A DNA stretch of 63,652 nucleotides, counting the filler, from Basidiobolus ranarum (lineage: Eukaryota): the NCBI GenBank assembly GCA_040143965.1. It is 23 parts of 23 records of this genome, joined end to end, with 100 filler letters (N's around TTAATTAATTAA, not from the genome) between each part and the next. Parts side by side here need not be neighbours in the genome. Positions count along the whole stretch, not along the records: positions 25,024 to 27,697 come from JASJQH010003080.1; positions 27,798 to 30,469 come from JASJQH010003081.1; positions 30,570 to 33,241 come from JASJQH010003082.1; positions 33,342 to 36,012 come from JASJQH010003083.1; positions 36,113 to 38,783 come from JASJQH010003084.1; 18 more parts are not named here. One strand, given 5' to 3'. Shown here piece after piece: positions 25,704 through 38,130 of this stretch. Positions within the stretch are counted from its first letter, which is position 1. Each line of letters starts with the position of its first letter. A model generated the notes under the pieces. That model was given only the letters and a program-made list of their open reading frames with translations. It made no database searches and had not been told where the DNA came from. The position numbers and the translations under genes were made by a program.

Positions 25704-27221
25704 CTACATTTCTTTATCGTCGTCGTTAACGTAAATATCACGCAAAGCCTCTCGATGAGACTCCTTCTCCTCTTCGGTAGGATGTCGATGGGTTATCTGC
25801 AGATGAGTAGGCTTCTTGTATGGTTCAGCTCCGCGTTTGCTCTGTATCATATAACACGTTAGCAAATATCTTCACGAAAATCCCAAAACAAATAGAAAAA
25901 CGAACCTTAGCTCTCTTCTTCTTGAGTACCAATCGCGACCTAATTGGGACATAGTGAGAGGTTTTATCTTCGCCAATGTAGATCATCAGCTGAGTGAAGT
26001 TGGTACAAGGTACACTTTCATAGGTGTAATCACGCACCCATTCGTAATCATAAGACTAAGGCAAAGTTAATATTGCTTTGGTAAATACACCAACAGTAAT
26101 GGATAGAACCATACCATTTCAGCTTCCAGATCATCTGCTTTCCTCTTTTTAAGCTTCTCAACGGAACTTTCTGTGGGAAGGAAGAATGCAAGGAATGTCT
26201 CACTGGGGTCGTGGGGGTTTTGCATTGGTTTGAGAATGGAGTTGGCAGATTTCGTCAGATCAGCGCCACTGGAAGAAGACTAAAAAAGAACAGTACAACG
26301 TGTTGGTATATTCGGCAAGTGCGGCATTTTCCAACAATGGATGCATACCTTATCTTCTACGGTTGGATCGGGAAATCCGTCATATGAGCATTGAGTATAA
26401 GAACTTCCCAAACGTTGAAAGTCGGGGAAAATAGGTATACATTCTACAGGCTTAATGTCAGCATTCTTGGGGTGCTTTAGTTTGGATAATAAATTCGGAT
26501 CGTTGCAGCTCTTAAATGTGCGTTCGATAGAAGCTATTTGACCTTCTAGAGTGTAGTCAATATCTTCTGAGCCCTTTGTGGCAGAAAGACCAAAGCTATA
26601 AAAAAAATATCAACTATTATTAATCTGAACATAGAATATATCAGGGAAAGGAAGTATACCTGCTCTCAACTGCTTTCCCTTTTGGAGAAGAGCGAGTTAC
26701 TTCTGATGAGATATACTCGGGACGACGCAACCAAGGCACGAATTGGCGCGATCTGGCACCGAAACCCTCTGACGGTGGTTTCACCAATAGTGCTCTATCC
26801 TTGGGATCAAGTTTGGCGCTTTTGTTGGGTTTTTCTTTAACAAGTATAAGAAACGCGTTGTTAATCTTCTAGTAACCAAGATCGATTCATAAATTGAATG
26901 ATTTTAGATTAATCTATAATACCTTTTCTTTTGGAGAACGCATTAAGCTGAAATAGATCAATTGGCATCGCTAGATCAGCGTTCGTGTGCAATGCGTATG
27001 GGGTACCTTCTACCAAACTAGTATGACGATACTCTACAAATCTCTCTGTACTCTTGGGAACATCGAGAAGCTTGGGCACAAATGGAGGTGGGGGAAGTGC
27101 ACTCTGATACCGTACATTACACAAAAACTCGGCACCAAATCTTTTACAAACCGAAATTATTAGAGGCTATGGAACTATTGAAGGGAAGATGAAATGACAA
27201 ATACCTTTTTGAATTAGACAT
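25704..27221 (-). CDS. PAF1: RNA polymerase II-associated factor Paf1, complete multi-exon gene
   Basis: Spliced: MSNSKR|FGAEFLCNVRYQSALPPPPFVPKLL...LAMPIDL...LDPKDRALL...VPWLRRPEYIS...QIASIERTF...KHPKN..IKPVECIPIFPDF...YEWVRDY...HYVPIRSRLVLKKKR; GT-AG introns. Confidence 0.93.
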
Positions 27222-27582
27222 GGTATGTACAAATGAGCGAGTGAAAGAGATATTAGTTGCGTTTATTGCTTTGCACCAAAATATCCACACGAAATTAATC
27301 CTACTAACAGTGGTGGAATTAGATTTCAGATAGATTTTCACTCTAATCGTAAACAGTTTTTTAAACTACCTAACGTGTTGACTTATTCAAGTCTACTTAA
27401 ATTATTGAATTATTACGTATTGAAAAATATTTAACGCATTTGAATATGTAACTTGAAATTTTGGGATTTATTTAATGTAATTTGCAAGCAATTAACTATT
27501 GGTACGGAAGAAAATCTAGATTGAAGCGTACTCAACCTGAACTATATACATTGAAATGATAGTAAAGGAGCTAGAAATTGAT

Positions 27583-27697
27583 TTACAATTCTTGAGATTC
27601 TCCTTCCTTCTTGGACTTCTTGGGCAACAAACTTCCGTGAATGTTGGGGAGGACACCACCTTGGGCAATGGTGACATTGCTTAAAAGCTTGTTCAAC
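27583..27697 (-). CDS. HTA: Histone H2A C-terminus with SQEL motif, cut by contig end
   Basis: [37 protein letters not shown]. Confidence 0.95.
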
Positions 27698-28435
27698 NNN
27701 NNNNNNNNNNNNNNNNNNNNNNNNNNNNNNNNNNNNNNNNNTTAATTAATTAANNNNNNNNNNNNNNNNNNNNNNNNNNNNNNNNNNNNNNNNNNNNGCC
27801 AGAGGGTGATGGATAGTGCCAAATTGTGCCGCATAAATTTTAGAATACTTTATCCAATATGATATATACAGCACAATCTGGCACTATCACAGAGAACAAG
27901 TCCAATAAGATATAACAGATAAGTGGGGGTAATAAGACATACTTGTTATATAGATATAGAGATATTCCTATTTAGAATGTTGGGGCTATAGATACATTGC
28001 TTTCTGTTTCTGATATATGTATCATAACTAAATTTAACTATGATGTTGAATAAAGATTAATTATCCAACAATATCCTCTAGCACAATAATCACAATAGCA
28101 GCTTTGATTCTCTTCTATTTGTGTCCTCTATACTCAAAGTTTTTCAGGGCCAGGAAGTTTGCTTTCCCTAAAGTATAATTAAATGTATTGACAAGAGGCT
28201 AAATACTACCTCAGAACATGCCTCATATGGACTCCAGTTTTCAGCATGTCAATTACAACTAATGCACTATTGTGGCTGATTTTAGATATGCCCTATGTGA
28301 GACTCGTATATTCTATATTATGTTCCCCAACGATGCTTGCTTGTCAAAGAGTATATGTAAATCAGAAATGGCATGCTAGCATATAAGCATTTAGGTTCTG
28401 AGAGTATTTTTCGCCATGGTAAGAGAGCGATGGTT

Positions 28436-28678
28436 TTATTGCAAATGTAGCAGCTTCGTTTCAGTACCTGAGGTGCCATCAATATCAGCACTAGAAATTT
28501 TACTTTTTTGAGGACCATCTTCTGGGACTAACCGCATGAACGTCAGTTCGGCCTTTCCAATTGAAAGTGAACCATCTCTAAGGGCTTCATTCACTGGATC
28601 GATGGGTAGCTGAACTTCGACGTTGTCTGGCACCAAACGGAGGAAAACAGGAGAATGCTTAATATTTGAAGAACTCAT
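28436..28678 (-). CDS. 80-aa micro-protein with two F[LM]RLVP motifs (cluster member 1)
   Basis: MSSSNIKHSPVFLRLVPDN...ELTFMRLVPED...; TATA-like ATATATATA and CCAAT about 140 nt upstream; CpG retained. Confidence 0.6.
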   Translation of the reverse strand: MSSSNIKHSPVFLRLVPDNVEVQLPIDPVNEALRDGSLSIGKAELTFMRLVPEDGPQKSKISSADIDGTSGTETKLLHLQ

Positions 28679-29424
28679 TGTGACGTCTGTAAAGAATGCT
28701 ATCACTAACCTGCTTTTATCTTGAAGAATCCAAAACACTCAAGTTGATGGTTTCAGTCAACTGACTAGCGTCAACCAATGTAATCACTACTGAGTGACAG
28801 TTACTCTGGGATTGGCTATATATATTTGTTAAATTATGATGTATATATACGTTTCTTAACCTCTTATCTTCATGTCTCGGGCTTTAACGTGTAGGGACTA
28901 TGTGAGCGTATTCGCGAGAAGCCTTTATGCACCTACTACTATCCACTCACAGTGGTTAGGCCGTCAAAAACAACCCAAATAGAACACTACCATGGGATAT
29001 ACCATGCAGACTGATGTTTACTTTGGGCTTGGTAAATTGAGACTTGAGCATGGAATATCTCGTAGACTGGATAGAGTAGTACTTTGATTGTAACTTCATA
29101 AATCAACGAAACGATTAGGCATGTTTGAATTGATTCGCCTAGCCAGCCACGAAAATTTCCGTGATGTTTTAGGTAAACCTGCATGCCAATGTTGACCAAT
29201 TGATACGAATGAGTAAGCCAAAATCTTCCATCTATTCTGGCTTCCATGTCAACTCATCTTTTTTTTGGGAAACTTTTGAATATTATTAATAATATATTAC
29301 AAGTTGAAGTTGAACTCTGAATCTTATGATCTACCTGCAAGATACACAAGTCACTTATTAACAAAGTACATCGCTTCTTGGCCTTACGTATCAAGTGAAC
29401 TCCGTTGCAACGGTAGAAAAGCGC

Positions 29425-29616
29425 TCAGCCGATCGGTGTCAGTCGTAGGAATATCATCCCTGAGTAGGCCTTTGGTGGTGCTTCAAGAGATGTCTTCAGT
29501 ACCTTTAATATTAGAAAGTCTCATCATCGAACGGTTATTTGTTGAGCTTTAGGATTCACCTCGGGGGTGAGACGGAGGAAGTCGAAGTCTTAGCCATCCA
29601 AATCTAGACGCTACAT
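29425..29616 (-). pseudogene. Two-exon micro-protein with two FLRLTP motifs and two in-frame stops (cluster member 2)
   Basis: M*RLDLDG*DFDFLRLTPE|VLKTSLEAPPKAYSGMIFLRLTPIG*; 57-nt GT..CTAAT..AG intron at 29559-29503. Confidence 0.55.
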
Positions 29617-30287
29617 ATTTGAGTGACTGCTATTGGTAGCCTTATGAATGGTGAATACCTGTAAAAGTATGATGTGGTTGGTAGGTGCTGAAATGGATGA
29701 CTGGTGTGAATAGCTTTAGCAGTCCAGAGATCGGCTCTGAGTTTTTTGAGATAGTATAGATCGGCTGCTCAGAAACCGGAGCATTGTATGCGATGTTTCG
29801 GATTATTCATAGGCTGATAAATACGATTGGATCATAGTCATTAAAGTTGCTGATATGATTTTAATGATATCTTGAGATTTACAATCATCATCCTTCCAAT
29901 CGCTTGAATGCAAGCATGGATATAACAACCAAGCCAATTAATACCATGGCCAATCGTGGTTCTTAATAATTAGATCCAGCTCCTATCGGAGTTCTTCATA
30001 TGGTTTATAGTGTGGAGGCTATCACAGAAACTAACTTGTATTCCAGAGTGGGTTGTTTCCTTATAGCACCGCTGATATCGGACCTACACCTATAGCAAAT
30101 GATTACCATATAGATACTCTATTGTATACAATATCTGCACTAACTACTGGCTTGGACGAGATTCACTCTTGCAAGATCTATTCCCTGTGAACCCCAGTTC
30201 CCTACAAAATGTAGGTTGCTCAGCTCTAAGCATATGAGCAAGAGAATGATGGTATCAGAATAGCGTTCATGGTAGGTAACTAGATAA

Positions 30288-30387
30288 TTATGAACCAGGA
30301 TATCCAGGAGTCTTGCCAACTCTCAAGAAGATCGTGGCATCTATATTCGTTTCTGGCACAATGCTTAAACAAACTGAAATATGAAAC
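30288..30387 (-). CDS. Last exon of a divergent micro-protein (cluster member 3)
   Basis: After CTAAT..CAG acceptor: FHISVCLSIVPETNIDATIFLRVGKTPGYPGS*. Confidence 0.4.
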
Positions 30388-30658
30388 CTGGGTGTAGGAT
30401 TAGACTGTTCGGAAAAACGATCAGACAGAGATCCTTGGATGAGTAAGTAGAAATTAAAATCGACAATAGNNNNNNNNNNNNNNNNNNNNNNNNNNNNNNN
30501 NNNNNNNNNNNNNTTAATTAATTAANNNNNNNNNNNNNNNNNNNNNNNNNNNNNNNNNNNNNNNNNNNNTAATATATATAGATATAAGGATAATAAGTTT
30601 TAATAATAACTGATGTTTTATTTAATGGGAGTAGCAACAAAGGTTACGTTTACTATCC

Positions 30659-31826
30659 TTATTCCAATTCAGGAGTGTCTGAATCCAGATCCTTATTAAA
30701 CTCGGCGGCATACCGAGTGCCCAAAATATCCGAATCTGCTGCTTTAGCTAACTGGTGGATGGTAGTCAGCTCCTCTGGTGAAAGCTTTATCTTCAGTGAG
30801 CCCAGATTCTCCGACAAATATTTCACTTTTTTGGTACTATTGTTAAAGTAAATTATTAATAAAGTTAAATCAAGATCAACCCATAAAATAAACTCACCCA
30901 GGAATAGGTATAATATCGCCACCTTGAGCTAAAAGCCAAGCCAATGTAACTTGGCTAGAGGTAGCTTGATGTTTCTTACCAATCTCTTGTAGTTCGTCGA
31001 CGAGTTTAAGGATTTTAGGGAAGTTATCTCGGGAGAACTTTGGAACGGTTTTACGAAAGTCGTCATCGTCAAAGTCATCAACGGATTTCTATCGCGTATT
31101 GAAAGAAAAATAATGAGCTTTAGACTCTGACAACAACATCTACTACACTATACAGCACTTACAATTTGACCAGTGAGAAGACCACGACCTAATGGGGAGT
31201 ATGCAATCACAGCAATGCCGAGTTCGCGGGCAGTGTCGAGAAGATGCCCCTTTTCCTCGATATCGAGAGCAAATGGAGAATACTGCAGGAAGAATCAATA
31301 CAGTTAGCCATCCAAGTAGCTCTACGAAACATGAAAACAATACAAGTCAACCTCAACTTGAATAGCACTGATGGGGTGAACTTTATGAGCACGTCGAAGT
31401 GTCTGAGAGGATGGCTCAGATAGTCCTAGGTATTTTACCTTCCCCTCTCTAGTGATACGTTCGACAGATTATGGTAAGTTTCAATATTGTTAATAAGAAT
31501 CAAACTAGAGTTGAAATACTTGACTAATTCAGCTATAGCCTTTACAGTCTTCTCGATAGGAATAGTACTATCTACTCGATGCAAGTAGTATAGATCAACT
31601 TGATCCACCCCCAGACGCTTCAATGATTTTTCTATGGCTGAGCGTACACTTCGATCACATCAGCTTTCTCTAAGGAATCATTTTCATACTAGTTATTAGG
31701 AAGGGCTTACTATTCAGGCTTGCCATTGATGCCAGTAGGAGTGAGACCAAACTTGGTGGCAAGGAAGATCTTGCCACGATTTCCTGTACGTTTGAACCAC
31801 TTTCCAATTAGTTCCCCACTATCTCC
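30659..31826 (-). CDS. Aldo-keto reductase (YakC/AKR13-like), multi-intron; N-terminal exons not found
   Basis: [81 protein letters not shown]. Confidence 0.9.
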
Positions 31827-33341
31827 CTATAACCGAATGATACCACTTAGTTCTCAGTCGAGTCCAAGGAAGAGTTTGATTACTATGGAATCGTAGGTAT
31901 TTAGGAATTGCTTTTTATTTACTCATGAACAAACTTTTATTTTCGGAGAATTTCTAGATTCTGAATATCCCTGATTGGTTGCTTTTCACTAACTTGATTA
32001 GGACAAGGATAAATTTAATCCAAAAACAGGAAGTTATTCGTGCTTAAGGTTTTGTACAATAAATAATTAAACTCCGCTTCTAAATTCTTCCATTTTGCCA
32101 CTGACCTTATCTCACCACCTTCATTTTGAAAGGGATGTTTAGTTTGCATTAGTTTATATGTAGTACCACAAGTTGTGTTTATAAATATTGAGATATAGAT
32201 ATACTTCGCGTTGTCAGAATGTGCGAATTGTTCTCACCTGACTGGTGAAGTATTTAATTAGGGTGAGCATTGGTCAAAGGTAGGGTTAGGAAACTTTGAT
32301 TGCAGAGTGCATCTATATTGGCTGGCTAGGAAGTAATAGATACTTCTTGTACTGATTGTCAAGAGAAGCAAACCAATGACTGAGAAACAAGTGAAATATT
32401 TTGTTATTATATTTCTCAAGCCACTCTCAGAGAGCTGTGTTGATTAGTTTAATTTGTGTATACTATGTAGGAGAATTAAAAGCATTTAATCTATGCTACA
32501 TAACTCCACTTGCATAAATATGTGAGGGTGTTTTGGGAGCTTGTTGGAAGTAGGTTGGAGAACTAGAAGAATTGGAGATTTCACCTATTGATTTATTTTG
32601 TTGAAGGTTGAAATTTATAGCTTTGTCAAAATGTAAATAGACTAACACAAGGAATGTGTTAAGGAAGGCCCAGGAGGATATGTTCAAAGGTTGGTGCTTC
32701 TCTGAAAAGTCTATACATCTGAAGACTTCTAAGCTGGTGAAAATATTTTAAGTAAATTGCTCTTGAGAACAATGGGTGATATCTTGGTCAAACATGGAAT
32801 AACAAACTACTAGATTGTATATGACTATATAGGTGTAATATAAGATTACTAAGTACTAAGCTATACATGACTATATAGGGGTTTGCACAATGCTAATTTC
32901 TATATTTACATCTTGACAAACTATGAATGTCAGCCTTCTACTCTACTGAACAAATCAACAAGTTGAAATCATCAATATCTCTATTGCTATGAGCCACTTC
33001 CCACAGGCCTCCAAGATACTTTTCCTAACAATAAAATTTGTATTTGTATTTCATACTATTTTCTGACTGTTTTACAATGGTATTATGCTGGTATTGTTGA
33101 AATTAGCATTGCCTAAACACCTATATAGTTATATATAGCTTAGTACTTAGTTATCTTATAATTCACTAAGATATTATCAATTATTCTCAATCGGAATTTA
33201 CTTAGAATATTTTTACCAACTTAGAAGTTCTCAGATATATANNNNNNNNNNNNNNNNNNNNNNNNNNNNNNNNNNNNNNNNNNNNTTAATTAATTAANNN
33301 NNNNNNNNNNNNNNNNNNNNNNNNNNNNNNNNNNNNNNNNN

Positions 33342-33781
33342 AATGGCCCAATGTTATTAAGGAGAGCGTTCGTGTGACCAAACCTGGGGGGTGGGTGGAG
33401 TTTGTGGAGAGTGATTTTCTTGTATTCAGCGATGGCCCGATCCTGAATCGTTTACAGTCTTGGCAGGCGAAGATATTGGAGAAGAGAGGTATAGATTCTA
33501 CTGTTGTTCGAAAGATGGAGGCTTTCTTCCAAGATGCTGGTCTGACTCAGGTTCAATGTACAAAATCCATCGCCCCAATCGGTATTACTGGTGGCCAAAT
33601 CGATGAACTATTCCTAAAGAACTACCTATCGATATTGGGCAGTATGAAGCCATTCCTATGCGCTGAAGGCGAGATCTCCTCAGAAGAGTTTGATTCACTC
33701 CATGGACAAATCAGGAAGGAATGCCTTGAGTACAAGTCTTATGGGGCCATCTACGTTACCTACGGCCAAAAGCCCTTATAA
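33342..33781 (+). CDS. Class I SAM-dependent methyltransferase, C-terminal part
   Basis: WPNVIKESVRVTKPGGWVEFVESD...AGL..V...Y..YGQKP, typical of fungal LaeA-like/Methyltransf_25 proteins. Confidence 0.85.
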
Positions 33782-36112
33782 ACTAAGTCTCCAAGTAACA
33801 AATGAATTTTTTGCTTCCGTTGTCTCTCTAGTGTGGATTCAATATTTTCATTTCATTTCCCTGTTTCACATATGGTAATACGTGTGATATATAGTGTGCT
33901 GCTTAATATTTGTCATGATGTACTTGTACTCGTATTTCTCGAGTTGTTGTCAACAGGATTTTAAATTTACTTGTCTCTCTCATTAGCCAATCAAGAGTAG
34001 GAAACTCATTTTTGATATGGCCAAATTTCGAAGGTCGTAGGTGCCAATCTTCATTAAAGTTTTTTCTTTTCAATCATGCAATTTTGTGTGGTATATACGA
34101 GATGCTGAAGTGCGAGCCATTCGTTCAAATACAAACAAGGTATTCGACAGGAGTGTTTCCTTGCCTCAACAGTTACCTATGGAGAAGTAATTGAGTACCT
34201 GTTGAAGGGCTAATTCTTCACCCCAACGCCTTCGAATGGCTTTTGGCATGCTTGATATACCAATGTAGCTTGCTCCTTGTACCTATTGCTGCCTTTTGCC
34301 ACAACCCGTATCAAATAAATATATATACTTTTACTACTATATGGAGGTGGAGTGTGCTACATATTCATTACTGAATCAATTGATATATACACTGCCTTAT
34401 TTAGCACCATTCGGTACTTTGGTATTTACAACAGTTCACTAAGCCAAAAGCCAATAGCCTCAGATGTAAGTCGCAGTCAAATTCTAACTTATTGGATAAA
34501 CACATGGTCAAGATTACCACAAGGGGTCACAACATTTTCTGATTTTCATGCAACCGTAACTAGGAGATGACTCTTGATTGTCCAAATATTTGCAACTTGC
34601 TCACAGGAACATAATTAAATACCTTTGAAACTTATTATTCATACCAACATATTCCTATCTAAATCATAATTATATCAAAGTTATCATCAGTATCTTTTGT
34701 CATATATTCCAAGTATATATCAGAGCAATGATGGTATTGCTTTTCAGGATGCTATATGTACATGTATTCAGTAGTACCATTGAGCTAGTCTTGAGCTCAG
34801 AGTTTAAAAAATTATATTCATGCTAGTAATAATTAGAAATAATGTGCTAAAGAAATATATATGTTTTGGCAATTATGCTTTAGCTACTATCTGTTACACT
34901 CCATATCAAAGCCACATTTATAGACATGCCAACTGAACCTGCAATAGCATTGTACCAAAAAAAAAGAAATTCATTTGATCTACTCATAGACACTTTAGTT
35001 ATCTTATTACTCTACATTACCTCTATGAAATTGGACTAGCAACAGAGTTCAGCAAGAGTATGATGTAATGGCAAAACTGACATAGCATAAACATATATAT
35101 TGATATGTAGCTTAGTTATCCAAATATCACTATATTATTATTCCATGTATTCATGTCAAATTTGCATACAACCTATACCCAATAAAACTTTGATTGAAAC
35201 CACCTGTGAGAAATGAAACTTGAAATACCAGAGAAAAATCAGCAAAAACTTCACTTGGGCTTGATTTGTCATCAGAATCCCACTATAATATGAGAGAAAA
35301 ACTCATTTCCAACTATGAAAAACAGTTTTGAAGCTCATTCAGACTATCACACCATTGGATTGCCATTTATTATTGGTTAGAAATCTTTGTAAAATCTTTT
35401 CACATTTTTCACTACTGTCATTGTACTTTCAATAAAATACCTTGGCTTGGTTCATTATATTCTTGCAAGATTTAGCCACTCTTCTATAGAACATTGCATT
35501 GAGATTAACATTGCCTAAGCACCTACATATTCATGTATAGCTTAGTATTTAGTTAAATTTCACTAAGATATTACCCATCACTCTCAACTGGAATATACAT
35601 AAAATATTTTTACTAACTTAGAAATTCTCAGATATAGAGATTTTCAAGTTGTTTTAGAAGCCCAAAACTTTGCACACATATTCCCAGGTTCTTCCTTAGC
35701 ACATTCAGCACATCAGTTTGCTTATATTTTGATAAAACTATCAATATCAACTGAGTACTCAATGAATTAATTAGTGAAAATCACCAATATCTAATAGTCT
35801 TGGAACCACTTCAAACAGGCTCTCAAGTACTTTAATACATTGAGCTACTCTAGGAGGTCTAATATCTCCCTTGTTACATTATATTAACCAGTATTACCTG
35901 TTGAACCTTAAATTGGGATGACCTAGATTGGATCTGGATCCAATCAATGCAACATCATCAAAAAGACTGATTTTATGTGGATTACCCTTTGGCTTTCTAA
36001 CACTATACCGGTNNNNNNNNNNNNNNNNNNNNNNNNNNNNNNNNNNNNNNNNNNNNTTAATTAATTAANNNNNNNNNNNNNNNNNNNNNNNNNNNNNNNN
36101 NNNNNNNNNNNN

Positions 36113-36997
36113 CGCTATCAACATCGGAATTAGTGACGTGAAAGAGGATAATTTCTGCTTAACAAATAAGTTGTTACCTCTGAGGCGTCGTGCACTAATT
36201 TAGTAGACGAATTCTTCATCAGGTTATGAAGGTAGAGAACATTATCAGCATCCAAAGATGCTAGAAAGTTGTCATCACTATTAACCGATATAGCTGTAAT
36301 AGGACCGTTGTGCTCTTGCTAAACAAACCATTAAGACTCTTGTCAACTGTATCATGGGCGTATAAAGTAAATACCTCGACTCGGTCCACAAACTCCCGTG
36401 AGTTACAATCCAAGCATCGAAGAACACCAGCACTTCCACCTATCCATAGACGACCGGATCGAGGAGCAAACCGGATTGCTTGTACATTCTCTTGCAACTG
36501 AAAATGTGTAAATATATCATTCAAAGAATTATTAACGTCGATTATATATTCCATACACGTTGTTTATCCCATAGATCCCATAGTATATAGCCGTCGTTAT
36601 CCTGATGATACAAGGAAATAGTATGCTGTACATCTAGAACAGCAAGAATCGAATCTGTTGAATCAAACGGGTAAGGAACAGAAGTCAAGGAAAATGTATA
36701 CCAAAGAAACGATGATATAAATCCATTGGGCAACATTTAAAATACAACAAAAAAGATACTCTCAGGGCTCCAACAAACTGACGTAACTTCGGCTTGTAGA
36801 GGTAAAGAATTGGTCAGGTCCATCTCCGATGCTCGGTTCCACCAGGTAATATCGTTCTTTGAGCCCGTCTCAGGAACAGCCAGACTATAGGTAACCAGTG
36901 ATTTGGAACCAACTAGTAATGTTCCACGAGTGAGTGGGCTAGTACCATTAGCAATGCCCATGCTAGGAGTACTGGAATTTGAAGGAATTCTAGACAT
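36113..36997 (-). CDS. Multi-exon beta-propeller protein, possibly TFIIIC delta subunit (GTF3C4/Tfc8-like); 3' end cut, 5' end uncertain
   Basis: 'VTSVCWSP|...SILAVLDVQHTISLY...W', 'VQAIRFAP..GRLWIGGSAGVLRC'; GT-AG introns. Confidence 0.5.
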
Positions 36998-38130
36998 TTT
37001 ACTGATGTTATTCAGGAAAATGTTTTTTTACTGACAGTCGATCGAAGTAACGCTCGCAACAAATGCTTCAGAATACTATGTGTAAGATAAATCTAAGTCT
37101 ACACAAAAAATATACTAGAATTGTAGACAACGTAGAATTCTTAATGTCGGATACAATTTGAGGAAGTGAATTGGTCAGCGAGATACTCAACGAAAAAGCA
37201 CAAAACAAAGACTATTCTAAACAAAACCTTCTATTTGGGCAAAAATAGTTAAGTTTTAGTCGGATGTTTTTCAATAGCTTGGATGTGTGCTTATATTAAA
37301 GCAAGCTTAAAATGACTCTAGTGATTTATCATACATTCAGATTAAACCCAGTGAACTATTGTTTTTTTCTCTATTGTTTTGATTATTAAAATCAAGCCCA
37401 TTTGGGTTTATTTTGTGTGAAATATTACCAACTGTTGATTGGGTCTCAAAAATACCGCGTTAAGACTTGAGGGGTTTTTAGCTTGACATAAATATCCAAA
37501 TTTCTCGGTGACATCACGTCAACTTAGAAATCCATTTTATTCATTCATAAACAATCAACATACTCCAAGTTGCACAAATCAGTAACTACGCTGAACATGA
37601 TAGAATATGTTTGTAAAGCAAAATATTTCCCATACTATATAAGGATTTACCCTTTTCAATTGAATCAATAATTTTGTACTGTTGAATGAAGAACCTTGGA
37701 AATAAAAGTATGTAATCACCAGATGCACATTTCGTTCCTCCATTTAACAAGTTGATGGAATTCATATTATTCTAGGGAATTTTCAAGTAACCTGATGTTA
37801 CTTTTGGAAATGCCATTCAATACTTAAGTATACCTCAACATTTCAGGATTTGTTGATATCTACTGGCGGTTATCGCAAGTTGTGTTTATGCTACTGTTAC
37901 ATTTATTTGTTGCAATTGATTAGCGAAATTCCATTCAATCTTCATTGGTACAGTTAAAGGCTAAATTCAAGTATTTCTCTCTATATAATCAGATACTGTT
38001 ACCGAGTTTGTTTTGATTGATGTATTTCGAAGTGATCAAAGATAACTATCATCAATGGTTTTACAAACAAGAATAAATACCTAGCTCTTAGTAAATCCTA
38101 TCACGAACCACGTTCAAACGCTAAGCTGCT

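Noticed and set aside
27583-27600. H2A ending in SQEL as a novel H2A.X variant
   Set aside because: An SQE-hydrophobic C-terminus is normal for the major fungal H2A
28987-29247. 86-aa ORF between micro-protein genes
   Set aside because: No family motif or recognisable features; probably intergenic
29590-29613. Stop-codon reassignment (TAA/TAG as Gln)
   Set aside because: H2A, catalase and AKR end in TAA and PAF1 in TAG; Hsp70 has no internal stops
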